From Kofleriaceae bacterium (GTDB lineage Bacteria > Myxococcota_A > Polyangia > Haliangiales > Haliangiaceae), in assembly GCA_025357755.1 (NCBI GenBank), contig JANXOP010000049.1, positions 32,333 through 96,332 on the forward strand: 64,000 nt of DNA. The letters are read 5' to 3'. The notes beneath the pieces are model-generated. The model was not told where the DNA came from and ran no database searches. It saw only the letters and a program-made list of their open reading frames with translations. Position 1 is the stretch's first letter. Every line of letters starts with the position of its first letter. Positions 9,237-18,053 of the stretch are shown here, piece by piece. A program made the position numbers and the translations under genes.

Positions 9237-10271
9237 GTGACTGAGGAACGCGTGCCACGGGCGTACATCGTCCGCATCCTCGCGGCGGTGTGGCTCGGAG
9301 CGGCCGCGTTGTATGCGACCTCGAATATCGAGGTGCTCTCGAAGCGGCAGTCCCATGTCGCGATGGGGTGCATCCTCGCGCTCGATCTGTTCGTGCTGCT
9401 GCGGTCGCGCGCGTTCCGGACCTGGCTATGGACGGTCACGTTCGGGCAGTGGCCGATCATCGATCGCGAGACGGTCCGCGAGCCAGGCGAGGCCGGCGCG
9501 TTCTCGTGGCGCGTGCTCGGCGTACTCGTCTTGTGCGCGGTCTCGCTGACGATCCAGGAGTACATCGGCGATCGCAATTACTACGAGCACGCGTTCAACA
9601 TCACGCCGTGGGTCCACTACAAGGTCGGCGCGACCCAGTGGCCCGGCGTGTGGGGCGTCCAGAGTCCGGTTCGCTACTATCACGAGCTCGGTAGCTTCAT
9701 GTGGTGGTCGGGGTGGCGCGTGATCGGCTACGTCGTGATGCCGACGATCTTTGTCCTCGCGTGGCGCGGCAACGATCGGGTCCGGCTGCGCGACGTTCAC
9801 CTCAGCTTCGAGGGCTTCTTCAAGCACCTGTGGATCTACGTGTTCTTGTTTCTCTGCGTGTTGCCGGCCGTGATCTATGCGTCGACGACGCCCGCGTTTC
9901 GCCATACGTATCCGTTCTATCGGCTCGCGAATCGCAGCCACTTCGATCTGTGGACCTGGGAGGGCCTGTACACCGCGCAATTCGTCGCACTCGAGTTCTT
10001 CTTTCGCGGCTTCCTGTTGCAAGGGCTGCGCAAGGTGATGGGCGCGAACGCGGTGTTCGTGATGATCGTGCCGTACTGCATGATCCACTACGGCAAGCCG
10101 CTGCCCGAGACGCTCGGTGCGATCGGGGCGGGCCTGATCCTCGGTACGGTCGCGATCCGCACCAAGTCGATCTGGGGCGGCGTGTTGATCCACGTCGGTG
10201 TCGCGCTGACGATGGATCTGCTCGCGATGCGCGGTTGCCCGACGGCAACCGGCACGTGGTGCGGCGAGTAG
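9237..10271 (+). CDS. CPBP (CAAX/Rce1-like) family intramembrane glutamic endopeptidase
   Basis: Polytopic membrane protein. [14 protein letters not shown] (ExxxR motif), MIHYGKP and [14 protein letters not shown] (His motifs). GTG start 3 nt after the gltX stop. Confidence 0.7.
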   Translation: MTEERVPRAYIVRILAAVWLGAAALYATSNIEVLSKRQSHVAMGCILALDLFVLLRSRAFRTWLWTVTFGQWPIIDRETVREPGEAGAFSWRVLGVLVLCAVSLTIQEYIGDRNYYEHAFNITPWVHYKVGATQWPGVWGVQSPVRYYHELGSFMWWSGWRVIGYVVMPTIFVLAWRGNDRVRLRDVHLSFEGFFKHLWIYVFLFLCVLPAVIYASTTPAFRHTYPFYRLANRSHFDLWTWEGLYTAQFVALEFFFRGFLLQGLRKVMGANAVFVMIVPYCMIHYGKPLPETLGAIGAGLILGTVAIRTKSIWGGVLIHVGVALTMDLLAMRGCPTATGTWCGE

Positions 10272-11450
10272 TTACTGGATCCCGAGCTGCTTCGCGAGCG
10301 GACTCGCATCGCGACCGCACGCGGTGAGCGCACGCCACGCGATGAACAGCTGCGGGCGGAGTTGCGAGTGCTCCAGAGGCTCGACGAGCTCGCACGCGGG
10401 TGCCTTCGCGGCGAGGGAGGCCTCGATGACCAGCGTGCGGGATGCGAGCGTCGGACGATTCGCGAAGTCGAGCTTCGCGAGCTCGAGTGCACGCTGCGGA
10501 TCCGCGCCGCCTCTCTTCGTTTGATCGAGATAGAACCGCGCGGCGTGATCGGCGAACGCCTCGGGAAACGCGGCGAGGTAGCGCTCCCACTCGCGTCGCG
10601 CATCCGCGGGCTTGCCCGCGAGCGCGTAGAGCTCGGGGTTCGGATCACGCAGCGCACGCGCGACGAGGGCGCTCGGGTCGCCGCCGGTCGCGAGCATGGT
10701 CTGCGCTAGATGCACGGTGGTCTCGAGCGTCGGCAAGCGCTCGTAGGCGGCGGCATAGAACGCTCGAGCGTTGGCGGGCTCGCCCGCGAGATCGTAGATC
10801 CGGCCCCACTGGAAGAGGATCCAGTTGAGGAGTGAGGCGGGGTTATCGCGTATCGCGGCGGCCGCGCGGGGCATCACCGCGAGTGCCTCCGGAATGCGCC
10901 CCGCGATCGCGAGGTGCCCGGCCCACAGCGCGAGCGTGCTCGCGTTCGGATACGCGGTCGCCTGGTGCTCGCGAAAGCTGCCGGAGCTCGCGAGGTCGCC
11001 GGTCGCCTCGGCGATCGTCGCGTCGAGGCCTTCCCAGATCGCTGGATCGCGCGCGAGGCGCTTGCACGTCGCGATCGCCTCGCGCGCCGCCGCGAACTGG
11101 TGCACGCGCGCGAGCGCCGAGCCACGTTGCGCCCACGCCGCCGCGTTGTTCGGTTCGGCTTCGACCCACGCCTTCGAGCGCGCGAGGGCCTCGACGTAGT
11201 CCTCGAGCCGGCCATGCAGCGAGGCGCGCTGGAGCAACAGCTCGATCTCTTGATCGGGATCGGCCACGTGCGCGGTGATCCGCGCATCGAGCGTGCGCAT
11301 CGCTTCGCCCGGATCGGGGCTCGGGGGCAGTACGGGCACGATCGAGGTGACCGTGACACCGGCATCGTGACGAGGCGCGTGGTGACTGCGGCAGCCGAAA
11401 GTGACCACCACCGCGAGCGCGATCGCCCACCCGGTCGCCCGCCCGATCAG
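10272..11450 (-). CDS. TPR-like repeat protein, probably exported or a lipoprotein; start codon unresolved
   Basis: Helical repeats (AAAWAQRGSALARVHQFAAAREAIATCKRLARDP, ANARAFYAAAYERLP...). A signal-like LIGRATGWAIALAVVVTFGC has no ATG/GTG/TTG in front. CTG at 11450 forms a CTGA overlap with the upstream stop. Alternative starts: GTG 11411, ATG 11300. Confidence 0.5.
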   Translation of the reverse strand: MIGRATGWAIALAVVVTFGCRSHHAPRHDAGVTVTSIVPVLPPSPDPGEAMRTLDARITAHVADPDQEIELLLQRASLHGRLEDYVEALARSKAWVEAEPNNAAAWAQRGSALARVHQFAAAREAIATCKRLARDPAIWEGLDATIAEATGDLASSGSFREHQATAYPNASTLALWAGHLAIAGRIPEALAVMPRAAAAIRDNPASLLNWILFQWGRIYDLAGEPANARAFYAAAYERLPTLETTVHLAQTMLATGGDPSALVARALRDPNPELYALAGKPADARREWERYLAAFPEAFADHAARFYLDQTKRGGADPQRALELAKLDFANRPTLASRTLVIEASLAAKAPACELVEPLEHSQLRPQLFIAWRALTACGRDASPLAKQLGIQ

Positions 11451-12139
11451 TGAGGCGTGCCGAGGAACGGGAACGCCGTGTCGCTGATATCGGTGTGAGC
11501 GTCGACGCCGTCGTGGTGCAGCGTCTCGAGCGTCGACGAGTTGAAGCCGTTGAGGCCGGAGATCAGCAGCGAGTAGCTCGTGTCGATCACGTCGTGGCTC
11601 GGCGCCCGGCCACCACATTGGGTGTGCGCGATCGCGCCGCCGGTCACGACATCGAGCTCGAGCGAGAGATACATGTTGCAGCTCGTCTTCGAGGTATCGA
11701 CGTACAGGCGATCATCGGCGAGCACGCTCGCCATGGTGTTGTACGAGGTCGCGCTGACCGGCTGAGTGTACAGCGCGGAGTTTCCGCATCCCGCATTGGT
11801 GATGCTCGCGCCGCGGTCGAGCACGTCGAAGATCGCGAGGTTTGCCGCGAACTCCGCCGTCACCGTGCGGCCGGTCGTGACCTCGGCCGTGGCGAACGTC
11901 GCCGGATCGTGCAGCGCATTGTACGCGTCCTTCTGGGCGGTCTTGGCGTCGCCGGTGAGGCGCGTGCCGTTCAGCGCGGTGTTGATCGCCGGCCGGCCGA
12001 GCCGATCGATCTGCGTGTTGAGCGTGGGCGGCAGCGGCCATGCCGCGGAACCGTCGGTCGCGGCATCGCTGGCTTTGTTGCCATCGCCACCGCAGGCAGC
12101 GAGCGTGAGAGTCGTGACGAGGATCGTCTGGATCTTCAT
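11447..12139 (-). CDS. Lipoprotein resembling the C-terminal half of DUF4331-type proteins
   Basis: MKIQTILVTTLTLAACGG (lipobox). IDRLGRPAINTALNG, KDAYNALHDP, ADDRLYVDTS and CGGRAPSHDVIDTSYSLL match my memory of the DUF4331 C-terminal motifs (GRP..N, kDaFN, GGRr..DDViD). Confidence 0.55.
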   Translation of the reverse strand: MKIQTILVTTLTLAACGGDGNKASDAATDGSAAWPLPPTLNTQIDRLGRPAINTALNGTRLTGDAKTAQKDAYNALHDPATFATAEVTTGRTVTAEFAANLAIFDVLDRGASITNAGCGNSALYTQPVSATSYNTMASVLADDRLYVDTSKTSCNMYLSLELDVVTGGAIAHTQCGGRAPSHDVIDTSYSLLISGLNGFNSSTLETLHHDGVDAHTDISDTAFPFLGTPH

Positions 12140-12144
12140 AAGGT

Positions 12145-12900
12145 TCACGCTCCCTGGTGGGTCGAGCCCCACACCGCGAGGAAGGTGTTGGTGCCGGAGT
12201 TGACGAGCGAGGCGTCGAGCTGGACCACGATCGCCATCACGTTCAGGCCGGCGAAGCAGTCCGCCGTGTTCGCGGGACAGGGCGCGGCGGCCGGATAGTT
12301 CGCGCCCTTGAGGTCGAGGCGCAGCGTCGTGGCGGTCGTGGCGCTGACCGAGGACTCGAGCGGACAGCCGGCAGCGTCGGACTGCAGGACGATGCTATCG
12401 AGGGCGGTAACCACGGCGCGAAACCCGGACAGGTTGAAGAAGAACGGATCGGAGCGCCGCCCCGCGAAGACCGTCATCTTGCCATCGGCACTCTTGAGCC
12501 CGGCGGTCGCGCTCGGATCACCGGTGACGTAGTCGACGGCGACACCGTCCGCGTTGACGACCCAGCACTGTACCGAGGTGTTCGATGCGAACGTGCAGAC
12601 CACCGCCGAGCCTGTACCGCTCGCCGTGCCGAGGTCGGTCAGCGCGGCCTTGCTCGTCAGGTGAAAGGCGTACTGGACCGAGGGCCCGAACGTGAGCGTG
12701 CCGACATCGGCCGGCGACACGGTCATCGCGAGGTTCAGCTTCGTGCCGCTCATCCACGCGTAGACATCGTTGATGTCGGCCATCGGATTGCCGGCTAACG
12801 AGTCAGAATCGAGATGGTCGGCGGCATGGACGCGCGTGCTGATCAGCGCGCCGAGTCCAAGCACGCCCGCAACAGCGATAACGGAGCCTAATTTCCTCAA
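12145..12900 (-). CDS. Secreted protein resembling the N-terminal half of DUF4331-type proteins
   Basis: TTG start at 12900, preceded by GGGGGGA. Signal LRKLGSVIAVAGVLGLGALISTRVHA, then ADHLDSDSLAGNPMADINDVYAW and FAGRRSDPFFFNLSGF. Only the last 251 codons of the 963-aa ORF look real. Confidence 0.55.
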   Translation of the reverse strand: MRKLGSVIAVAGVLGLGALISTRVHAADHLDSDSLAGNPMADINDVYAWMSGTKLNLAMTVSPADVGTLTFGPSVQYAFHLTSKAALTDLGTASGTGSAVVCTFASNTSVQCWVVNADGVAVDYVTGDPSATAGLKSADGKMTVFAGRRSDPFFFNLSGFRAVVTALDSIVLQSDAAGCPLESSVSATTATTLRLDLKGANYPAAAPCPANTADCFAGLNVMAIVVQLDASLVNSGTNTFLAVWGSTHQGA

Positions 12901-13041
12901 GTGTCCCCCCTGGTGAGCATCGAATTGTATCCTCGCACGGGACCTCGATCCAAAAAATTGCTCAATGCTTACGAGCGATTCGCGATCAGGATCACGCTGC
13001 CCCGAGCCCCGCTGCCCTGATCGCCAGGCATACTTCTCGCT

Positions 13042-15090
13042 GTGACAGCGCGCGAGCGGGACGATGAAGTTGCGAGCCAAGCCGCACTCGAGCGGCTCGA
13101 GATCCTCGATACCGCGCCCGAGCCTGCGTTCGATGCGTTGGTCCGCGCAGCCGCGCTCGTGTGCGGCACGCCGATGGCGCTGGTCACCCTGATCGATCGC
13201 GACCGCCAGTGGTTCAAGGCCAACATCGGCTTGTCGGGCGCGACCGAGACCCCACGCGACGTCTCGTTCTGCGCGCACGCGGTGCTCGGGGACGAGCTGT
13301 TCGAGGTTCCCGACGCGACGCAGGACAGCCGGTTCGCGACGAACCCGTATGTCACCGGCGAACCCGACGTCCGGTTCTACGCGGGGATGCCGATCCGCCT
13401 GACTACTGGGGAGCACCTCGGGACGCTGTGCGTGATCGATCGCAAGGCGAGGATGCTCACCGTCGAGCAACGCGAGGTGCTGCGATGTCTTGCCGAGGCA
13501 GCGACCCACGCGTTCGAGGGGCGCTACGCCCGCGAAGCGCTCGAGCGCGAGCAGCACGCGCGCAAGGAGCGCGAGGATGCGCTGCGCCGGAGCGAAGACT
13601 TCCTCGCGCGCACGAACGCGCTCGCGGGAGTCGGTGGGTGGCAGCTCGACTTGCCGAGCAACACGGTCCACTGGTCCGACGAGACCTGCCGGATCCACGG
13701 CTTCGCCCCGGGCCACGTTCCGGAACTCTCGACCGCGATCGATTTTTATCTCCCGCCCGCGCGCCCCGTGATCGTCGCGGCGGTCGAGCAGGCGATGGCC
13801 GGTGGTCCGGGCTGGGATCTCGAGCTGCCGTTGCGGCGCGTCGATGGTCGCGAGATCTGGGTGCGCACGGCGGGGGCGGTGGAGCGCGTCGACGGTCAGG
13901 TCGTACGGCTCGTCGGTGCGTTTCAAGATGTCACCGATCGCGTGACCCAGCTGCGCGCGATCGTGAAGGCGAACGAGCGCACCCTCATCTCGACCGAGAT
14001 CGCGGTCGAAGCGAATCGCGCGACGACCTTGAGTGGGGCGGTGCGGTTCGTGATCGACACGCTGTGTGCGCACGCTGGCTGGCCGGTCGCGCACGTCTAT
14101 CTCCAGTCTCCGGACGATCCCTCGCTGCTCGTCCCGACCGGCGTGTGGAGCACGAGCGATCCAGCTCGCTACGCGCCGTTCATGGACGAGACGGCCGTGG
14201 TCTCGCTCCCGATCACGTGCGCGGTCGGTGTCCTGCGCTCGCTCGCCCCTCCGTTCTCGCGCGCGCACTCGGCCGCGCAGTGTGGGCTCGGGGCCGGGCT
14301 CGTGGCTCCAGTGGTCGTCGGGGACGAGACCGTCGCGGTGCTCGAGTTCTATGCCGCCGACATCTCCGCGTTCTCCACGCCCCTCGTCGACCTCGTCGGA
14401 TATGCCGGGATCCAGCTCGGTCGCGTCATCGATCGCGAGCGCGCCGAGGAGAGCCAGGCCCGCGCGCTCGCCGAGAAGACCGCCATGCTCCAGGAGATCC
14501 ATCATCGCGTGAAGAACAACCTCCAGCTGATCTCGAGCCTGCTCAGCCTGCAAGCTCGCCGGATCAAGGAGCCGCAGGCGAAGGCGGTGTTCTCCGAGGC
14601 GCAGGCGCGGGTCCACTCGATCTCGCTCTTGCACGAGGTGCTCTACCAATCGGGTGATCTCGGGCGTGTCGACATGCGCGCGTATGTCGAGAAGCTGGTC
14701 GCGATGCTCGGCCGCGCGCACGGTGAGGTCCAGGGCAAGGCGCGGATCGAGGTGGGCGTCGCGCGGCTGTCCTTGCCCGTCGATATCGCGGTGCCGTGTG
14801 GCCTGATCATCAACGAGCTGATCACGAACTCGCTCAAGCACGCGTTCGCGACGCACGAGCCTACGAACGCGATCCACATCGAGATGCGCAGCGAAGCGGG
14901 CCACGTGGTGGTCACGGTCGCCGATAACGGGCGTGGCTTCGCCCATCTCGGCGCGATCACGAATACGATGGGGATGGTGCTCGTCCGCGACCTCGTCGCT
15001 CAGCTTCGCGGCAGCGTGACGTTCCAGAACGATCACGGTGCACGCTGCTCGTTTCAGTTTTCAGTGCGTGGCGACAAGGAGCCCTCGTAG
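13042..15090 (+). CDS. GAF-PAS-GAF sensor histidine kinase with HisKA_2/HWE-type phosphoacceptor domain
   Basis: LERLEILDTAPEPAFDALVRAAALVCGTPMALVTLID...WFKA (GAF), a PAS segment, a second GAF-like region, then EIHHRVKNNLQLISSLLSLQ (HisKA_2 H-box) and INELITNSLKHAF...DNGRGF (ATPase). GTG start. Confidence 0.85.
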   Translation: MTARERDDEVASQAALERLEILDTAPEPAFDALVRAAALVCGTPMALVTLIDRDRQWFKANIGLSGATETPRDVSFCAHAVLGDELFEVPDATQDSRFATNPYVTGEPDVRFYAGMPIRLTTGEHLGTLCVIDRKARMLTVEQREVLRCLAEAATHAFEGRYAREALEREQHARKEREDALRRSEDFLARTNALAGVGGWQLDLPSNTVHWSDETCRIHGFAPGHVPELSTAIDFYLPPARPVIVAAVEQAMAGGPGWDLELPLRRVDGREIWVRTAGAVERVDGQVVRLVGAFQDVTDRVTQLRAIVKANERTLISTEIAVEANRATTLSGAVRFVIDTLCAHAGWPVAHVYLQSPDDPSLLVPTGVWSTSDPARYAPFMDETAVVSLPITCAVGVLRSLAPPFSRAHSAAQCGLGAGLVAPVVVGDETVAVLEFYAADISAFSTPLVDLVGYAGIQLGRVIDRERAEESQARALAEKTAMLQEIHHRVKNNLQLISSLLSLQARRIKEPQAKAVFSEAQARVHSISLLHEVLYQSGDLGRVDMRAYVEKLVAMLGRAHGEVQGKARIEVGVARLSLPVDIAVPCGLIINELITNSLKHAFATHEPTNAIHIEMRSEAGHVVVTVADNGRGFAHLGAITNTMGMVLVRDLVAQLRGSVTFQNDHGARCSFQFSVRGDKEPS

Positions 15091-17025
15091 ATGACGCTGA
15101 TCCTGGTGGTCGAAGACGAGGCGATCATCGCGCGCGACATCGCGTCGACGCTGACCGACCTCGGCTACGCCGTCGCGCCCGCCGTCGACTCGGCCGCGGG
15201 TGCGTTCGCCTCGATCTCGGCGGTCCGTCCCGATCTCGTACTGATGGACATCCGGCTTCGCGGCGAGCTCGACGGGATCGAGGCCGCGCACAGGATCCGC
15301 ACCTTGTTCGCGGTGCCGGTCGTGTTCCTCACGTCGCACGCCGACGAGCTCACGATCCAGCGCGCGAAGGGGGCGGGTGCGTATGGCTACGTGCTCAAGC
15401 CGTTCGGCGATCGCGATCTCCGCACCGCCATCGAAGTCGCGCTCGAGAAGCACGCGATCGAGCGCAGGATCTCGGAGCGCGAGCGCTGGTTCGCGACGAC
15501 GCTGCGCTCGATCGGCGATGCGGTGATCGCCACCGATCGCGATCAGCGGATCAGCTTCATGAATACGGTCGCGGAGCGGATCACCGGCTGGCCCAGCGCG
15601 GATGCCGTGGGGCGGCCACTCGGCGAGGTGCTCCGGCTCGTCCATGCCAAGACCGGGGTGGTGCTGCCATCCCCACTGACGCGCGCGTTCGAGCAGGGCG
15701 TCGCGGTCACCTTGCCGCGCGAGGCCGCGCTGCGTCCGCGCGTTGGCGAGCTGCTTGACGTCGATGACAGTGCCGCGCCGATCATCGATGATCAAGGCAA
15801 GCTGGTCGGCGGCGTCGTGATCTTTCGCGATGTCACCGAGCGCCGCGAGCTCGACGAGCGCCTCGCGCACAACGAACGGCTCGCCTCGATCGGCACGCTG
15901 TCTGCCGGCATGGCGCACGAGATCAACAACCCGCTCGCGTACGTGCTCGCGAACGTGACGCACGCGGTCGAGGCGCTACCCGAGCTCGAGGCTCGAGTCC
16001 GCGCGGTCGCCGGCGCGAGCGCGGAGACCGAGGCCCTTGTCGAAAAGCTCGAGGCCATGCGCGTGGCGCTGCGCGAGGCACAAGAGGGAAGCGAGCGCGT
16101 GCACGCGATCGTCCACGACCTCAAGAAGTTCGGGCGCGTCGATTCGCTCGCGCTGTCGCCAATCGGGCTCGTCGAGGCGATGAACGCGGCCATCCGGGCC
16201 CTCGCCAAGCGAGGGTTCGAGCCGCGGCTTCGCCGCGAGTTCGAGGTCGCTCCGTTCGTACTGGCGAATGCGAGCCAGCTCGAGCAGGTCTTCACGAACC
16301 TCTTGATCAATGCGTGCGAGGCCTCCCGCTCGCCCGATGACGAGATCCTGGTCAAGATCTTCACCGACGGCACCGGCCGAGCCGTCGTCCAGGTTCGCGA
16401 TCACGGCGTCGGCATCACGCCGGAGCTCCAGCGCCGGATCTTTGATCCCTTCTTCACGACCAAGGAGGTCGGCAAGGGCGTCGGGCTCGGCCTGTCGATC
16501 GCGCACAGCATTGTCGGTTCACTCGGTGGCGCGCTCACGGTGACCAGCGTCGCGGGCACCGGTTCGACGTTCCGCATCGTGTTTCCGGGAGTTCCGACCG
16601 ACGAGATCTTGATCGGCGCGGAGCCCAAACCAGCGCCCAAGCGGCGCGGGCGCGTGCTGGTGATCGATGACGAGCCGGCGATCGGACGCGCACTCACCCG
16701 CGTGCTGCAGGTCGATCATGACGTATTCATGGTCACCGCGGCACGCGAGGCCCTGGTCAGCATCTCGGCCGGCCAGGTGTTCGACATCATCCTGTGTGAC
16801 CTGATGATGCCGGAGATGACCGGGATGGACTTTCACGCGGTGCTCGCCCGTGACTGGCCGAGCCTGGTGTCGCGCATCGTCTTCGTCACCGGCGGAGCGC
16901 TGGGTGGCAGGGTGGGGACATTCCTCGACTCGGTCGGGAACCTGACCCTGGTCAAACCGGTCGCTCCCATAGACCTACGCGAGATCGTCACGAGCTACGT
17001 GAACAAAAACGAAGGGTCGGAGTAG
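15091..17025 (+). CDS. Hybrid REC-PAS-HisKA-HATPase-REC sensor kinase/response regulator
   Basis: ILVVEDEAIIARD...DLVLMDIRL (REC), PAS (ISFMNTVAERITGW), SAGMAHEINNPLAYV (H-box), NLLINACEA...DHGVGI...GKGVGLGL (N/G boxes), C-terminal REC (VLVIDDEP...DIILCDLMMPEMTG). ATG directly abuts the upstream stop (TAGATG). Confidence 0.9.
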   Translation: MTLILVVEDEAIIARDIASTLTDLGYAVAPAVDSAAGAFASISAVRPDLVLMDIRLRGELDGIEAAHRIRTLFAVPVVFLTSHADELTIQRAKGAGAYGYVLKPFGDRDLRTAIEVALEKHAIERRISERERWFATTLRSIGDAVIATDRDQRISFMNTVAERITGWPSADAVGRPLGEVLRLVHAKTGVVLPSPLTRAFEQGVAVTLPREAALRPRVGELLDVDDSAAPIIDDQGKLVGGVVIFRDVTERRELDERLAHNERLASIGTLSAGMAHEINNPLAYVLANVTHAVEALPELEARVRAVAGASAETEALVEKLEAMRVALREAQEGSERVHAIVHDLKKFGRVDSLALSPIGLVEAMNAAIRALAKRGFEPRLRREFEVAPFVLANASQLEQVFTNLLINACEASRSPDDEILVKIFTDGTGRAVVQVRDHGVGITPELQRRIFDPFFTTKEVGKGVGLGLSIAHSIVGSLGGALTVTSVAGTGSTFRIVFPGVPTDEILIGAEPKPAPKRRGRVLVIDDEPAIGRALTRVLQVDHDVFMVTAAREALVSISAGQVFDIILCDLMMPEMTGMDFHAVLARDWPSLVSRIVFVTGGALGGRVGTFLDSVGNLTLVKPVAPIDLREIVTSYVNKNEGSE

Positions 17026-17044
17026 CTCTTCGCTACTCCGACCC
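17014..17044 (+). terminator. Perfect 13-bp stem / 5-nt loop hairpin spanning the hybrid kinase stop codon
   Basis: GGGTCGGAGTAGC tcttc GCTACTCCGACCC. The TAG stop (17023-17025) lies in the 5' arm. No U-tract follows, so it is an intrinsic-terminator-like or RNA-stabilising hairpin. Confidence 0.45.
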
Positions 17045-17353
17045 GTAACGAGCACGACTGCTCGACCGTAGGACAAAATCTATCCCCTACTGTTTCAGTA
17101 GGTGGGCTCCACGGTAATCCTTTGGGCTTCCTGACGAGCAGGCGTGCACACCCAGATCAGAGGCAGATCCCTGGATAGAAATATAGGAGATTGATTTGTC
17201 CCGGGTCTCGCATCGAGCAGCCGTGCTCGAGATCAAAGCTACGCATCGCGATCCAATCCGTCAATTGGAAAAAAGACGGGGCGATCACTTCGCTAAAACT
17301 CCGGAGCGCACGGACAACCACGCACCGTGTGGGTTACGCGCTGCGCGACGACG

Positions 17354-18046
17354 TTACTTGTGGCTGTGACCGTCGTGCGAGTGGTCGTGATCGCGCCAGT
17401 TCGGGCCTTCACCGCCCTGCTTCGCCGTCGACTTGATGCCGCGCTTGAGCATCGACTGCAGCGTCTCGACCGCGTCGCCGCGATCTTCGACCGGACCGGC
17501 GTGCATGCCGGTATCCATGCGAATCGCGTCGCACGGACACGCTTCGACGCAGAGTCCGCAAACGACGCAGCGCAGCTCGTCGATCTCGAAGATCGCGGGG
17601 CGCTTCTCGATGCCCTTCGAGTCGCTCTCTTCCGGGACGATCGTGATGCAGTGCGCCGGGCACACGGTCGGGCAGCACATGCAGGCGACGCAACGAACGT
17701 TGCCGTCGTCTCGCATCAGCAAGCGATGGAGGCCGCGGAACCGCTCCGGGTACGTGACCTTCTCTTCCGGATACTGGATGGTTTCGATCTCGCTCCACGC
17801 CTTCGTCACGTCGGGTGCACCAGCCTTGGTGCGCTCGGCCTTCGAACGTAGAGGCGAGAACAAGTTCTTCGCGAAGTGTTTGAGCGTGATGCCGAAGCCC
17901 TTCGCGCCTGCCGCGAGGAACGTGGTGTCTTGCGCCTCGGGGCGAACGATCTGGACCGAGCGAACGACCTTGCCACCCGCGCTGGTGTGCGTAGCGAGGA
18001 TCTTCGGACCGGCTTCTTCTTCGACGTGTTCGTGTGATGACGACAT
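17354..18046 (-). CDS. nuoI: NADH-quinone oxidoreductase subunit I, with extended N-terminus and His-rich C-terminal tail
   Basis: Two 4Fe-4S motifs CVACMCCPTVCP and CVVCGLCVEACP, plus YPEEKVTYPERFRGLHRL. Tail is NWRDHDHSHDGHSHK. Confidence 0.9.
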   Translation of the reverse strand: MSSSHEHVEEEAGPKILATHTSAGGKVVRSVQIVRPEAQDTTFLAAGAKGFGITLKHFAKNLFSPLRSKAERTKAGAPDVTKAWSEIETIQYPEEKVTYPERFRGLHRLLMRDDGNVRCVACMCCPTVCPAHCITIVPEESDSKGIEKRPAIFEIDELRCVVCGLCVEACPCDAIRMDTGMHAGPVEDRGDAVETLQSMLKRGIKSTAKQGGEGPNWRDHDHSHDGHSHK

Positions 18047-18053
18047 AAAATCC

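Noticed and set aside
7749-9356. 535-aa minus-strand ORF opposite gltX, and similar long ORFs opposite other genes (26165-28426, 29589-31274, 39769-41304, 41292-42581)
   Set aside because: All are Arg/Asp/Leu-rich, motif-less and antisense to strongly supported genes.
12901-15036. Upstream 700 codons of the 963-aa minus-strand ORF
   Set aside because: It is antisense to the well-supported GAF-PAS kinase and Arg/Asp/Glu-rich without motifs. A TTG start with a G-rich ribosome site at 12900 gives a clean signal peptide.
17191-17436. 81-aa ORF in the nuoI-proximal spacer, and the 68-aa ORF at 25949-26155
   Set aside because: The first overlaps the nuoI 3' end and the second lies in the cdnL upstream spacer. 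Neither has a convincing ribosome site, motif or composition.
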